In this document: positions 27,415 through 39,998 of the stretch, one piece after another
Layout of the letters: each line of letters starts with the position of its first letter
Numbering within the stretch: the stretch's first letter is position 1
Assembly: GCF_001194135.2 (NCBI RefSeq)
Contig: NC_068982.1
Coordinates: 132,268,330 to 132,332,329 of the forward strand
Direction of reading: 5' to 3'
Origin: Octopus bimaculoides
Taxonomy: Eukaryota
DNA length: 64,000 nt
The notes under the pieces: generated by a model
The model's input: only the letters and a program-made list of their open reading frames with translations
Databases searched by the model: none
Told to the model about the DNA's origin: nothing
Position numbers and translations under genes: made by a program

Positions 27415-27438
27415 GTTTAAAACTTTTCTCTCAGACAT
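27415..27438 (-). CDS. YJU2: YJU2 exon 1 coding part (MSERKVLN)
   Basis: ATGTCTGAGAGAAAAGTTTTAAAC then GTAAG; matches the conserved [18 protein letters not shown]-terminus. Confidence 0.95.
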
Positions 27439-27494
27439 TGTTAAATGTTTTTACAAAACCTCCAAAACAATTTGCAGCAAAAACAAATGTCAGA

Positions 27495-27520
27495 AAGTAC
27501 TTCCGGCGGTGATGACATGT
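27495..27520. promoter_or_regulatory. Likely YJU2 proximal promoter, ETS-type site
   Basis: ACTTCCGG at 27499-27506, about 60 bp upstream of the ATG. Confidence 0.4.
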
Positions 27521-27900
27521 AATAGTTCCTTATAAATAAACATATGTTTATCAAATAATTTTAGAGCTTTCGCTTGAAAGAGATGCAGCAATTATATTCG
27601 GAAAGCACACCAATATTTAATAGCTATCAGTTCGTCAGGGTAAGACTGTATCTGCATCATGCTAAATTAAAATGAAGAAAGTGTGTTAGAATTTCAACGA
27701 ACTATCGTAAGTTAAGTACTTAAGTTTAGAAGGAAGTTGAAAGTTAAATAAAGGATACAAAGTCTACATAATTTTGCAATACTATGACATAAGCAAATTC
27801 TAAAAATGATTCTACTATATTTTTTAAAACATTGATTCTTAAATAGCATTGAGAAAATTTAAACAATATATAGTAAATTTTAAGACAGCATCAGCGGTTA

Positions 27901-27973
27901 GGGCTCGTGGCGCAATGGATAACGCGTCTGACTACGGATCAGAAGATTCCAGGTTCGAATCCTGGTGAGCTCG
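27901..27973 (+). tRNA. tRNA-Arg (ACG)
   Basis: 73-nt cloverleaf; anticodon loop CTACGGA; GTTCGAATC B box; T-rich terminator follows. Confidence 0.97.
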
Positions 27974-30019
27974 CATATATTTTTACTTCTATGTTCTTTA
28001 ATTTTCAAAGTTTTAAAATTCCGACATTGAGTGGATTATCGTTTAATTTTTTTTTTCAGTCAGTAAACTATACCCATACAAAAGTACATGTTAGATCGTA
28101 GTCCAATACTTCAACCACATCATTATATTTTATCAGCCTCAAAAAGGTGACAGCCCTGGCTACTATTATTATTCCATTCACAACTACGATACATCAGGGG
28201 AATACAAATCCTTTCTAATTTTTAACTAGTTAATGGACACCCAGAAATAAAAAAAAAGCAATTTAGAATACGTACAATTTTATCTCTGAATACAACGGGC
28301 CGCTACTAGATACTGCGTTAGCGAGACTGCCAATTCATTATCGTCAACACAAACGAATAAAGGGAGGTGACCAAATATCGGCCGATGCTCCATCGATTCC
28401 GCCATTTGACCGATATATTTTAAATAAACACAAAGCCTCATATTAACTGGAATGGTAAAATATAAAATTATTTTAGTTTGTGCCTATCCTGGAAAGAATA
28501 GTAGCATAAACATTTAGAAAGGGTTAACCAGGGAATCGAAACTAGACCGCCGGCGCGTTCCAAGGAGTTTTTACATCCAGTACTAACCCTTCACTATATT
28601 TACGCTTCCTTTGTCCTCACTTATATACACTCATTGTGTTTCTCTTAAACAGGAGAAACATACACATGCAGCCATATAGATCCATCACCGACTGTCGGTC
28701 GTATTTACGAGCTAGCATTTGATTTTGTTCAGTCACAATTATCACGACTTGAATTTTAGCGCCGATTGGAATGTTCTTGGAGTCACATGACCCGGTTACA
28801 CGAACGGAACAGAAAACGGCTAAATCACTCGACCGTGTTTTAATTGGTTATTTTCGGCCATGGAATCATTTCCTTCTTGAAGTGTTCGTTTTCCTAGTTT
28901 CAACTTCTAGAGCTTCATTTTCCAAACACAAAGTATCTATTTAATAAAGTTTAAGAAATGCAACTTTGACTCCCTATCTTGGCATTTGGAGCTCTCAACA
29001 GAAGCGTATATACATTAACGTCTGTTGCATATTAAATCACAGAAACATTTGTCCTTACGCGCGAGCGAGCGAGGACTCGTATACAAAACATAACTTTTAT
29101 TTTGCAACCTACAAATTTTTTTTATGGGTAATAAATATTTGTGATCTCTTCTGTTAATATATTGAGCTATTATACTGGAAGTGTTCTGTGCATTTTCAGA
29201 CAATTTATATTCTGCAAACTTTCTGTGTATTACAACACTTGATGCGGTAAATTATCATACGCTTCTCCATTTAATGTACGTTTATAAATACAGTGAGTAC
29301 TGGTCCTGCGTATGCTCTTCGTTGGCATTCTTGCATTCTAATTCAACGTATTACGAGTCCATATGTGCGTACGGAAGAACAAATTCATCAGTGAAAAGGT
29401 CTCAGCTTATAGTGTGTCTGACAGACATTAATGAATGTTTGTGTTCAATATTGCTTGATACGCGAGATCAGGTAGCATTTTTTCAGAACTTTTGAATTAA
29501 CCCTCACTGTTAGGAAAATGAGTACCGAAAAACGAACACTCCAAAAACGAAATGATTTGATTGGTTGAAAATAACCAACAGAAACGGTAATTTAGCCAGT
29601 TTTCGATTCTGTTCTTGTAAACGGGTCATGTGGGATTTAGAACATTCCAATCAGCGCTAAAATCAAAAGTGATAATTCTGATTGAACAAAAGCAAAATGA
29701 TAGCTTGTATGTGTGAGCGACAGTTGATGATGTATCTGTATATCTGTATGTTTATGTAAGAGAGATATAGTAAGCATAAGTGGAAAAGACAGAAGGGGAA
29801 GATGTGCTCCAATGTGTATTGCACCTAATTGACACAAACCGACATTAATTATAAGTGAAGTGCAAGCACTGGGAAGGAAGATATCAAATCTCGATGAGAG
29901 GGACGAGCGTCAGTTTTGCATTCCGAGGCTAAAGTTTTCCATATGCTATGCTACAAATCCTTTCGAGACATGCATAAACTAAAACAACTTTCTATTTCAC
30001 CATTCTACCTGGAACCAAT

Positions 30020-30420
30020 GACAAAAAAAATCCTGAAATACCGCGATCTGTCGGCCAACTACATTTTCCAGCTTGTGGCGCCTTCTCACATCCTGGATGC
30101 TGCAGTCAGGACGCGATCCACAGATTCTGCGGCTGAGCGGGACAAAATCCTGAAATATCGCGATCTGTCGGCCAACTACATTTTCCTTCCTGTGAGGTTC
30201 GAGACGTTTGGTGGGGTCGGACCACTAACTGCGAGATTCCTGTCTTCACTGGCAACTCGCCTTGCAGAGGTAATTGGTGAGGCTCGTGAGGGTGCTTGGC
30301 TGTTCCAGCGCATCAGCCTCGCCATCACCCGCGGAAACGCTGCAAGCGTGCCTCAACAGTCATTAGAGAGATTTTCCAGCGCCCCCCAAGTTTGTTGTGA
30401 ATGATTTGGGGGAGGGGGGA
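30020..30420 (+). pseudogene. CRE-clade non-LTR retrotransposon 3' fragment (RLE C-terminus)
   Basis: LVAPSH...AAERDKILKYRDLSANYIFLPVRFETFGGVG...FQRISLAITRGNAASV is characteristic of CRE-type RLE. Internal ~40-bp direct duplication at ~30027 and ~30145. Confidence 0.78.
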
Positions 30421-30964
30421 TCTCTTATTTTCTTTCTCTCTTTTATTTTTATTTTTCAATTTTTCAATTGTGTTCTCTGTTTTGTCTAATTTTCTAATTT
30501 AATTTTGCAAAACAACAAATTAATTGATAATTAAATTTAACTGCACTCGGAAAAAAAATGACAAAAATTTAATGGCGGAATCAATGGAGCATCGCAAGCC
30601 ATCTTGACAATAGGTTGATTGCATCGTTAATGCATCAAAGTACATGCGTTATCTGATAGCCCATTGCATACTGTGATCAAATTGTTCTAATTCTATTTTG
30701 CTTTTTATTGTTTTGGCGTTCATTAATTTAAGAAGTAGTTAAAAACTGATATCGATTTGTACTCTCACAGTGTATCCTATACGCAAATAAAATTCTAATA
30801 GAATAAAAATTTCCGTTCTTTAGAAGCCAATATGATAGAGATTGATATACTTGAATGTATTTGTATAAGAATAGTTCACTAACTGAAAAGAGTGAAATCA
30901 AATCACCCAATTGGGAGTGTTTAAAAATTTTTAAATGATTGAACGTAAATGCAAAAGTAAGTTG

Positions 30965-31037
30965 CGAGCTCACCAGGATTCGAACCTGGAATCTTCTGAT
31001 CCGTAGTCAGACGCGTTATCCATTGCGCCACGAGCCC
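30965..31037 (-). tRNA. tRNA-Arg (ACG), identical to 27901-27973
   Basis: Exact reverse complement of the first copy; T-rich terminator downstream. Confidence 0.97.
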
Positions 31038-31438
31038 TAGCTGGAAATTTCAGCCTATATTATGTAGTATATTGTTTATGAATTTCTCAATATTATCAAA
31101 GGTTATATTTTTTTAACTACATTTAAAATTTGTTATAGAATTGTCAAATTATGTAGAATATTGTCTTTCGTTTTTATTAACGTGATTAAATAATTATGAT
31201 ACTGGAAATTACTCATCTTCTTTGCTACCCATGTCATTTTTATTCATTCTCATTTTCATGCTTCTAAATTTGCCAAAGAACGCACAGTGGCTTCCAATAG
31301 CAATCTGCAAGCAATTGGCTATGTATAAAGTTGATACGTTGTGAATACGGAGGAAATAGTGAGTTGTCTTTTTTTTTTTTTTAGATATAACTATATATAT
31401 TCATTATACTTACAAGAATTATACTGCATCACTGAAAG

Positions 31439-32462
31439 GGGATCTATTTTAAAACGGGGGCCACATTTTTCATTAATGTTTTACGTAGTGTTTTTGGTGC
31501 GGAAAAACTTTCAAACTTCGTATACTTATCTATTTTGTGTTATAGAACAGAAAAATATTGGATCTTTTTTAAAACGGGGGCCACATTTTTCATTAATGTT
31601 TTACGTAGTGTTTTTGGTACCGAAAGACTTTCAAACTTCGTATACTTATCTATTTTGTGTTATAGAACAGAAAAATATTTAACATGGAATAATTTATGGA
31701 TTTCTTTTTTTTTAAAGAAGACTAAGAGAAAAAGATGTTTTATATAACNNNNNNNNNNNNNNNNNNNNNNNNNNNNNNNNNNNNNNNNNNNNNNNNNNNN
31801 NNNNNNNNNNNNNNNNNNNNNNNNNNNNNNNNNNNNNNNNNNNNNNNNNNNNNNNNNNNNNNNNNNNNNNNNNNNNNNNNNNNNNNNNNNNNNNNNNNNN
31901 NNNNNNNNNNNNNNNNNNNNNNNNNNNNNNNNNNNNNNNNNNNNNNNNNNNNNNNNNNNNNNNNNNNNNNNNNNNNNNNNNNNNNNNNNNNNNNNNNNNN
32001 NNNNNNNNNNNNNNNNNNNNNNNNNNNNNNNNNNNNNNNNNNNNNNNNNNNNNNNNNNNNNNNNNNNNNNNNNNNNNNNNNNNNNNNNNNNNNNNNNNNN
32101 NNNNNNNNNNNNNNNNNNNNNNNTCCTTTGGCTGATTAAGCGGTGTAAAGCGTATTTAATCTCCATACCTTCGTTTTATTTGCTTTTTTCATTTTAAATT
32201 TGCTTTAACCCTAACCCTAGGGTTAGGGTTAGGGTTAATTGTTTCAGAATCGTTTGTTTATGTAGTCGGCACTTAATGTATATCGTCAGTGATTGGTTGA
32301 AATTACAGAAATACAACTTTAATATGGAATAACTTATGGATTTCTTTTTTTTTAAAGAAGACTAAGAGAAAAAGATGTTTTATATGACACATTCTACCAG
32401 TGTTCCAAGTTTCAAACTGTTTCGTTAATGAAAAATGTGGCCCCCGTTTTAAAAAAGATCCC
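31439..32462. mobile_element. Non-autonomous TIR element with duplicated ~120-bp left end and internal TTAGGG repeats (contains a gap)
   Basis: TIR GGGATCT.TTTTAAAACGGGGGCCACATTTTTCATTAA at 31439, partial repeat at ~31560, inverted at ~32425-32462. Confidence 0.7.
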
Positions 32463-35400
32463 TGAAGGGTCCTGGGAAAATGTTAACTGAGGTGCAGAGT
32501 TAAAATAACATTTTTGTAAATTCAAGTTTACAAATTATATTGTTTGCACAGATGGATGAGAATGTTTGGGTCAAGCTGTTGGCAGTAAGTATATATATCA
32601 AAATTAGTATCGCCTTGTGACAAGTCTTTCCTACTGTGTAGAAATAATTATATGCATGCTTGCAAGATAAGTTTTGGAAACACGTCCAAAGCAGTATCAG
32701 ATGTGTGTGTGTGTGTGCAGTGAGGAACAATACCACCGCTTCCTGTCGGTTCTTTCACTACAATCCATGAACCGTACAGCTCCCGTGTCATTGTGTTTGT
32801 TATCATACGTCGACATGCAAGTCACCGAATTGCTTTCTCAGTAATGATCCCTGCTGGGTATAATAAGTGGGAACAGCGTGCTTCAGCTACTATTTCTGAA
32901 ATACTTAGCACATCACTAGAATGTATGATATTGCTAGCTATCTGTTGATGTAACAAAATAAGAGAGTTCATTGTTTTGTTTTGTTTTTTATGAAATTTTG
33001 ATATGTCACTTTCGCCCCCTCCGGTTTCTATTGCAGTTTACTTTCACATCTTGCGACGGTAAACTATGTAAACCGAATCGAGCAAACTGTATTTCTCTAC
33101 GGTTTCTTCTTATCAGTTCTTTGACACATGAATGCTGATAATCTATTCCTAAGAAAGAGCTGATAAATAGTTTCGAATAGTAGAAAGCACATCAACAACT
33201 CAAAGATCTTCTTATTTCATGCAAGACAAAGTATATAATTAAAACGCTCACTTTAAAATCTGGGTTCTATACTTCGTGGTTGAAAATGGTCAATGGACCG
33301 AGAATTGAAGCATCAAATTTTTGCCAGGACTTCCAGTTACAAATCTTATCGTTAAACCTGAACTTTTCCAATTTCAGAACAGAATTTTCCAACATATCTA
33401 CAATTTTGCTTATGCCATCTGCATCTTCTGTATAAATGCTGGCGACTCAGTCCGACACCTATTTAACAAGCTCGCCATGTTAGCTAAATGATCCTTCCCT
33501 GACTTACTTAAGTAGGCGCATATGATGCAGAAAATAGGTCCCAGTGTACCACTCGCCTGTAGCCACGAGAGCAGAGATGGGGAACTTGCGGCCTTCCAAG
33601 CCATCAAGTGCGGCCATTGGTGTATTTTCTTTCTTTTTTGACAATGTTTCCTTGTCAGCCACACCAGCTTAGTGGGAGTAAGTGACTTCACGTATGATAC
33701 ACGAAGAGTTCCTGTATCATCCACCTTTTCATTGTGATCCGTGCTACGTACTTTACTTAGTAATGGCGTAGTCGTGGCCAACTTCTTACTGACTTGTTTA
33801 TCAAAAGGCTTTCTCAAAAAAAAAAAAAAAAAAAAAAGCAAATTCAAAGAAGTCATTAATTTGTATAAAATGTACTTGGTTAAATAAAATATTTGAAAAT
33901 GTCTTGCTTTCGATATTAATCATTTACTTATTATTTGTATAAAATTACTTCCTTACTTAAATAAAATATTTAAAAAGTCATGCTTTCGATTTCTACACAC
34001 CTGTCTTTCTTTTATTAGATTATTAATAATTTACTTAGTGGATAAAATAATTAAAAAAGGAAAATAATTTGTTCAATGCGTCCTCTATGAGGGATGATGA
34101 ATGGATGGTCTTCATGCATAGAAAGGTTCCCTATCCCTGCACTAGGGGAACTCTCTTTTTTGACCTCAATCTTTGGAGTATATTTTCGATAGATTTTTAC
34201 CGTCGCTGACATGCCAACACCAATACTCATATCAATTTTTATTCGGTAGTTTGGATTCGTCAACATCAACGGCTTATTGATCTACTACCTATCTTATAAT
34301 ACGAGGTATTATAAGATCTTATAATACACACGGATACCCTCTGTCAGTTCAGTTTTCATTAAACCATCCTGATCTGGGTGAAGTGCCCCCCTTCACCTGG
34401 ATCCAAGCATTGTTTGTCCCTTACCCAACAGTAATGCGATAAGAAACATCGTTTGTCGTTATTTTGAGTTTCATGGACCAATGTATCTGCAAAACCAAAT
34501 CCCCCACAACTGATCGTCAGAAGGTCGCTAAACGGCAATTCAGCCACATGCTATTGTTCGGAATTATTAGCATGTCCAGCAGCAATTGATCTTTCCTTTA
34601 TAAAGTTTAAAAAAAAAAAAAAATCTAGTCGCTGGCGTCCTTGCGGAAATTATCGAGCGTACACGACTGTAGTGTTCCTCACTAGATTCTTCATTTATGA
34701 TTTTTCTTCTCTTCACTACGTTGAGATTGCTAATAAGATTTATCTAGTTTGATCCCAAAACCAAAATGTTATAGAACCCCAGAACATACCTAAATCTCCT
34801 ATTTTTACAACCTTTACACTATCGGACACTGTAACACAGCTCGGATGTTTTAGCATTTCATCGAGGTCATTCCTGGTCTCTCTTTTGGTTACCCATATTT
34901 GGATGACTTTTACAACCACCATTCTACGCGTACATTCAATAAATTGATATTGGGTACGAAGTGGTAAAGGACATGAATCATTACATATAATGAATATGTT
35001 TGTTGATCGACACTACTATTAAGGCTTATCAATAGAGAGATAAGCGAGCTAAGTGACAATCAGACGGGAAAAAAAATTACATTAGCTGTTTATGACCATT
35101 ATAAAGGAAGCAAACTGGCAGAATCGTTAGCATACCATACTTAGCGGCATTTCGTATGTCTTTCGATGAAATCTACTAGCCCCCTACCCCAAAATTTCAG
35201 GCCTTGTGCTTATGGTAAAAAGGCTTATTCATTATATTGCATTGCAGACTTTATTGAACCACAGCGTTTTTAAATGACTTGTTTTAACACGATGTAAAGG
35301 GATATAACTCTTCTTTTTTTTTTGTGATACATATACACGATGAGATCGTCCTTCAATCGGAAAATAGATGATGTGAAGCAAACTTCTTAACAGCAAAGAG

Positions 35401-35858
35401 GTGTAATACAAGTTAATATAAAATAGACTTAGACCAATGACCAACAGTACATCGCGGCCATGTTGGGAAACTGCCATAAAGAATTATAGCTGAATGAATC
35501 GACCCCAGAACGCCTTTCCTTTATAAACCTGATACTTACCATGCTTAAATTAAAAATATATAACATTATCACATTTTCAAATTGGCGAGCTGACAAAATC
35601 ATTAATGTGTCACAGATAATGTTTAGCAGTATTTTTTCTGATTCCTTACATTCTGAGTTCAACTTTGCCTTTTTGTCCCTCCATCCAAGGTCAATGTCAA
35701 CAATTAATCACAATCGTTGTCTTGTGTCAATTAGGCTAATATAATTTCTGAAAGTAAGGGAGATAAATTCAATTGTTCCCTTCCAGAAAGGTTTATACAC
35801 GCCATAGTAGTTATGAGGACTTTGCAACCACCTGCTATTTAGTTCATTCCATGACGTC

Positions 35859-36092
35859 AGTGGTTCCCAACCAGGATCCATATAAGATTTTGTAGTTAAA
35901 ATGTAAGTACAATAAATTGGTTATACTTCTACAATACACAAAATATTTTAAATGATCGTTTTGGTTCAATTCTTAATATGATGATGAAAATATAACAGCA
36001 TTTAAAAAAAAAAATTTGAGTGGCTACGGAGGTTCACCAGGGTAGAATAAGAAAGAAATGGGTCCATAGGGAAAACATGGTTGAGAACCATT
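35859..36092. mobile_element. hAT/Charlie-like MITE
   Basis: CAGTGGTTCCCAACC ... GGTTGAGAACCATTG termini. Confidence 0.6.
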
Positions 36093-36569
36093 GCCCTACG
36101 GGGTTTGGATTGACCAATGCATCACAAATGAGATTTGGTAGATTAAAACCATACTGACTGAAGGCTGTTAAATAATGTGCTCGTCTGTGTGCAAACATCA
36201 CAATAGCTCTTTATCCAGATATGCAAGTCCCACATAAACAAGTCCAGCAGCTCAATGTTGTAAACCTGGAAAAAGCACTTCACTTTTTCTCAAATGTTAT
36301 GGCAGGAAACCTATGCTACCACTAGAAAACGCAAACAGAGGAACAAACAATAGAACATAGCTTATTGCTAAGTCTTCTTTTGTAAAAAATCTCTAACCAT
36401 ATTGTACCTTAATTTAAATTCTTTCTATCATCAGTCGACAAATCATTTACAAAAATGCTTCAGAATTCAGCAAATCCCCAACATTGGTCATCCTTCTCCA
36501 TCAGAAATCTTATATAAAACATACACATGCATCAACAGCTTCTATGTACCAGATTTAAATACAAGAAAT

Positions 36570-36913
36570 GAGTGGTTGTGTGATAAGTAATCTGGAACCA
36601 CATGGTTCCAGGTTCAGTCCTACTGTGTGGCATCTTGGACAAGTGTCTTCTACTATAACCTCGGGCCAACCAAAGCCCTGTGAGTGGATTTGGTAGACAG
36701 AAACTGAAAGAAGTCTGTCGCATATATGTATATGCGTGTGTTTGTCCTCCCCCAACATCGCTTGACAACCGATGCTGGTGTGTTTACGTCCCTTTAACTT
36801 AGTGGTTCAGCCAAAAAAAAAAGTACTAGGCTTACAAATAATAAGTCCTGGGGTCGATTTACTCAACTAAAGGCGGTGCTCCAGCATGGCCACAGTCAAA
36901 TGACAGAAACAAG

Positions 36914-36915
<2 letters not shown>
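36570..36915 (+). mobile_element. tRNA-derived SINE (family A)
   Basis: Same body as 45870-46311. Confidence 0.8.
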
Positions 36916-36944
<29 letters not shown>

Positions 36945-37634
36945 ACTAACTTCCTAAAAAGTTCTGACATAAAATGACGAAATATTTCAAGTTAAGGTAA
37001 GCAGATTGTTTTGAAACAAAACCTGGCTGCTTTGTTTTGATCAGCCGCAAATGGTTTTTCAATTTGTAGAACATAAAAGAAACATACTAGAACCGACTCA
37101 TCTGAAATGAAATGTACAATGCACACCATCATCATTAAACACCTATTATCACACCTGCATTTAACATTGTCTTCCATATGAGATTGGGTTGGATGGTTTG
37201 AGACGATCTGAGTCACAGGACTGCACTGGTCTCTGAAATCTGTTTTGGCATGGTTTTATAACTGAATACCCTAACTACAGCCACCAACTTTACAAAGTGG
37301 GTGGCTTTTCTTTTTTTTTTGTAATACCAACACTAGTGAAATTACCAAGTAAGTTGCAAGATGAGAAAAACCGAGTAAGATGGCTTTATGCCAGGCAATG
37401 AGGCTAAAAAATGACAGGAGAGTCAGGTATACATATATCTTGCTAGAAGAGGAGGCTAGTCTGCAGTATGAGGATGGGAGTAAATGGAAGAAGACACAAT
37501 GGTGACAAGATATCTGGGAAGGATGAATAAGTTTATAATGGAAAGGAAAATAACAGATACTCCTAAATTCAGAAATACTTAGGGATAAAAACAAACCAAC
37601 AAAAAGTACAAATTACAGTATAGACAAAATCTGC

Positions 37635-37640
37635 TTTATT
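37635..37640 (-). terminator. RPS26 polyadenylation signal AATAAA
   Basis: About 24 nt downstream of the stop codon. Confidence 0.65.
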
Positions 37641-37663
37641 TCCTAGATGACATGTTCGACAAT

Positions 37664-37702
37664 TTATTTGGCTTGTCCGGGTCTGGCGTTCTGTCCACCT
37701 TC
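37664..37702 (-). CDS. RPS26: RPS26 exon 4 (EGGQNARPGQAK*)
   Basis: CTTTACAG acceptor after a polypyrimidine tract, phase 0, TAA, then AATAAA. Confidence 0.8.
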   Translation of the reverse strand, partial: EGGQNARPGQAK

Positions 37703-38161
37703 CTGTAAAGAAAAGAGAGAGCATTTCAATATAAATAAATTAACTATCAAATACAATGTTTTAAACATCTTTAAAACAACTTAATATTAAGCTAAGCTTT
37801 TTCACACAATTTACTAAATGCTAACTAATCAATTAAACCCCCCACAGAAATATCAGAGATTAACGTCCATTCTGAAACAAACTGTGCCAAAATCAAACCT
37901 TAAGGGTCAATATATAACACAGTAAAAATTTTAATTTTGCTCCAACCAAACTTCAAATACTTTATTTTATTACAAAAAAACACTCCTACACTTGCAGACC
38001 ATAAAATTTTTTGTTAATACATGAAAAGTGACCGAAGAAGTCATACTATATTTAAAGATATTTGCTTGTCTTGAAAGAGATTGTATTATGGAAATTACCA
38101 CAAGGTAACATGCAATAATGGAAGTCTTAATGCTACAGAATACAATTTCAGCACTGCCTAG

Positions 38162-38445
38162 ATCAGTGGTTTTCAACTGGAGTCTATGCAACAAAATGGT
38201 AAATTGGGGATCCACAATAATATTTCAAAGACCCCTGAAAAAATCTGGCTTTAAATTTATTGCAAGAAACGGCTATGTTTCTTTAACATTTTACAAAGTT
38301 CGACCTACAGAAGTGAATAACAAAATAGGAATTTTGAAAGAAGTTTCTATAAAACTAGTTTTTAAACACAGAGTGGTGATGCGGGTCCACCACATTAAAA
38401 CTGTAATCAAAGGGGTCCTTAGATAAAAAATGGTTGAGAACAACA
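38162..38445. mobile_element. hAT/Charlie-like MITE
   Basis: CAGTGGTTTTCAAC ... GGTTGAGAACAACAG termini. Confidence 0.55.
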
Positions 38446-38577
38446 GGTCTAAACTAAATGTCTCAAATTAGTAACACTAGTGATAACCATGTCAGCAGGG
38501 AACAATGAGTAATGATCACATTACATTTGTTACACAGGGGACTGACTCTAAGAAAAAGAATTTTTAAGAACTCGCCT

Positions 38578-38890
38578 TACTGGCACGTGAACAAAACATT
38601 CGAGCGAGGTCATTGCCAGTGCTGCTGGACTGACTCTTGTGCAGGTGGCACGTAAAAAACGCTTTTTGAGCCTGGCCGTTGCCAGTACCGCCAGACCGAC
38701 TGGCCCTCGTGCCGGTGGCACGTAAAAGAACCCACTACACTCTTGGAGTGGTTGGCGTTAGGAAGGGCATCCAGTTGTCGAAACTCTGCCAGATCAGATT
38801 GGAGCCTGGTGCAGCCACCCGGTTCGCCAGTCCTCAGTCAAATCGTCCAACCCATGCTAGCATGTAAAGTGGACGTTAAACGATGATGGT
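38578..38890 (+). mobile_element. RTE-LINE 3' tail copy (RPS26 intron 3)
   Basis: Same family. Confidence 0.8.
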
Positions 38891-39682
38891 GAAATCTTAT
38901 TTTTCACACTTTTAAAATCATCTTCAGATTAAATATTTTCAAATGACATCAAGAATAAAACTAAACTTTATTTATCAAAGTTAACGAGCTTGGAGATGCA
39001 ATTAGTGATTCATCAGAAACTCAGCACCAACATGCTTGGCAGCATTTCTTCCAGCTCTTTATGTTCTGAATTCAAAATCCTGACAAGGTCAACTTTGCTT
39101 TTCAACCTCTCAGAATTGATAAAGTATCTGCTGAGACTAAGGTTGATAGTCAGCTACCCGCAACCACCTTAAAATTGCCTTATACCAAAGTTTTTAAGAT
39201 CAAAAACTATCATCGCAATGGCCATTATACTTTAGCCAGCTTTCTATATGCCTTAGTAAGATCTTGTGTTCAACTTGCTAGAAAGATCCCTCAAATTACT
39301 GCCAGATGAGGATTAACCTGGGGTAAAATAATAAAGTATTTTACACAACTATGCAGAGGCTATCGTGAAGGTTTAGTGGCAGTATTGTAACATCATCAGA
39401 ACAATCACAGCATTTATGTTTCAATGGTTGTAGTTTTATCAATATCAGAGATGGTAGCAATCATGCTGATAGTGTACAAAACCATCACCACACCTTCAGG
39501 ATAGCTATCATGAGTGTGAGAGTGTTTGTGTTCCATCCGTTGCTACATTCTGAGTTCAAATTCCGCTAAGGTTGACTATGCCTTTCGGGGTCGATGTAAT
39601 TGACCCCCCACCCCAACCAAATTTCAGACCTTGTGCCTATAGTAGAAAGGATCATAATAATACTGCTTTTGATTGATTGAAA

Positions 39683-39902
39683 TATATGCTAAGAATTGGT
39701 ATCATTTTCAACTACATGGGGCACAATCTCGTCAGGGTTTTATGAGCTTATGGAACAAAGGTTAGCATATCTATTTAAAGGATACAGATGAATTCATCTG
39801 CATCTTTTCAAGAAATTTGTTAACCTTTGTTCCATAAGCTCATAAAACCCTAACGAGATTCTGCCCCATATAGTTGAAAATGATACCAATTCTTAGCATA
39901 TA
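39683..39902. mobile_element. Foldback MITE-like inverted repeat with TA ends
   Basis: ~83-bp arms TATATGCTAAGAATTGG...AACAAAGGTTA and their reverse complement, about 4 mismatches. Confidence 0.75.
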
Positions 39903-39965
39903 ATCAAATGCTTAGAATCACCTATCACATCGGGGCATGAATCGAAACATATGTAAACTTTCAGC

Positions 39966-39998
<33 letters not shown>

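Noticed and set aside
27907-28101. 64-aa ORF MAQWITRLTTDQKIPGSNPG
   Set aside because: It is a translation of the tRNA-Arg gene.
34051-34547. GHFTQ and IGVG peptides reminiscent of CAP/SCP proteins
   Set aside because: They are in separate short ORFs, GHFTQ is followed closely by a stop, there is no conserved Trp, and no linking splice sites were found.
35532-35545. ATACTTACC resembling the U1 snRNA 5' end
   Set aside because: No U1 body follows; it is simply the complement of a consensus splice donor.
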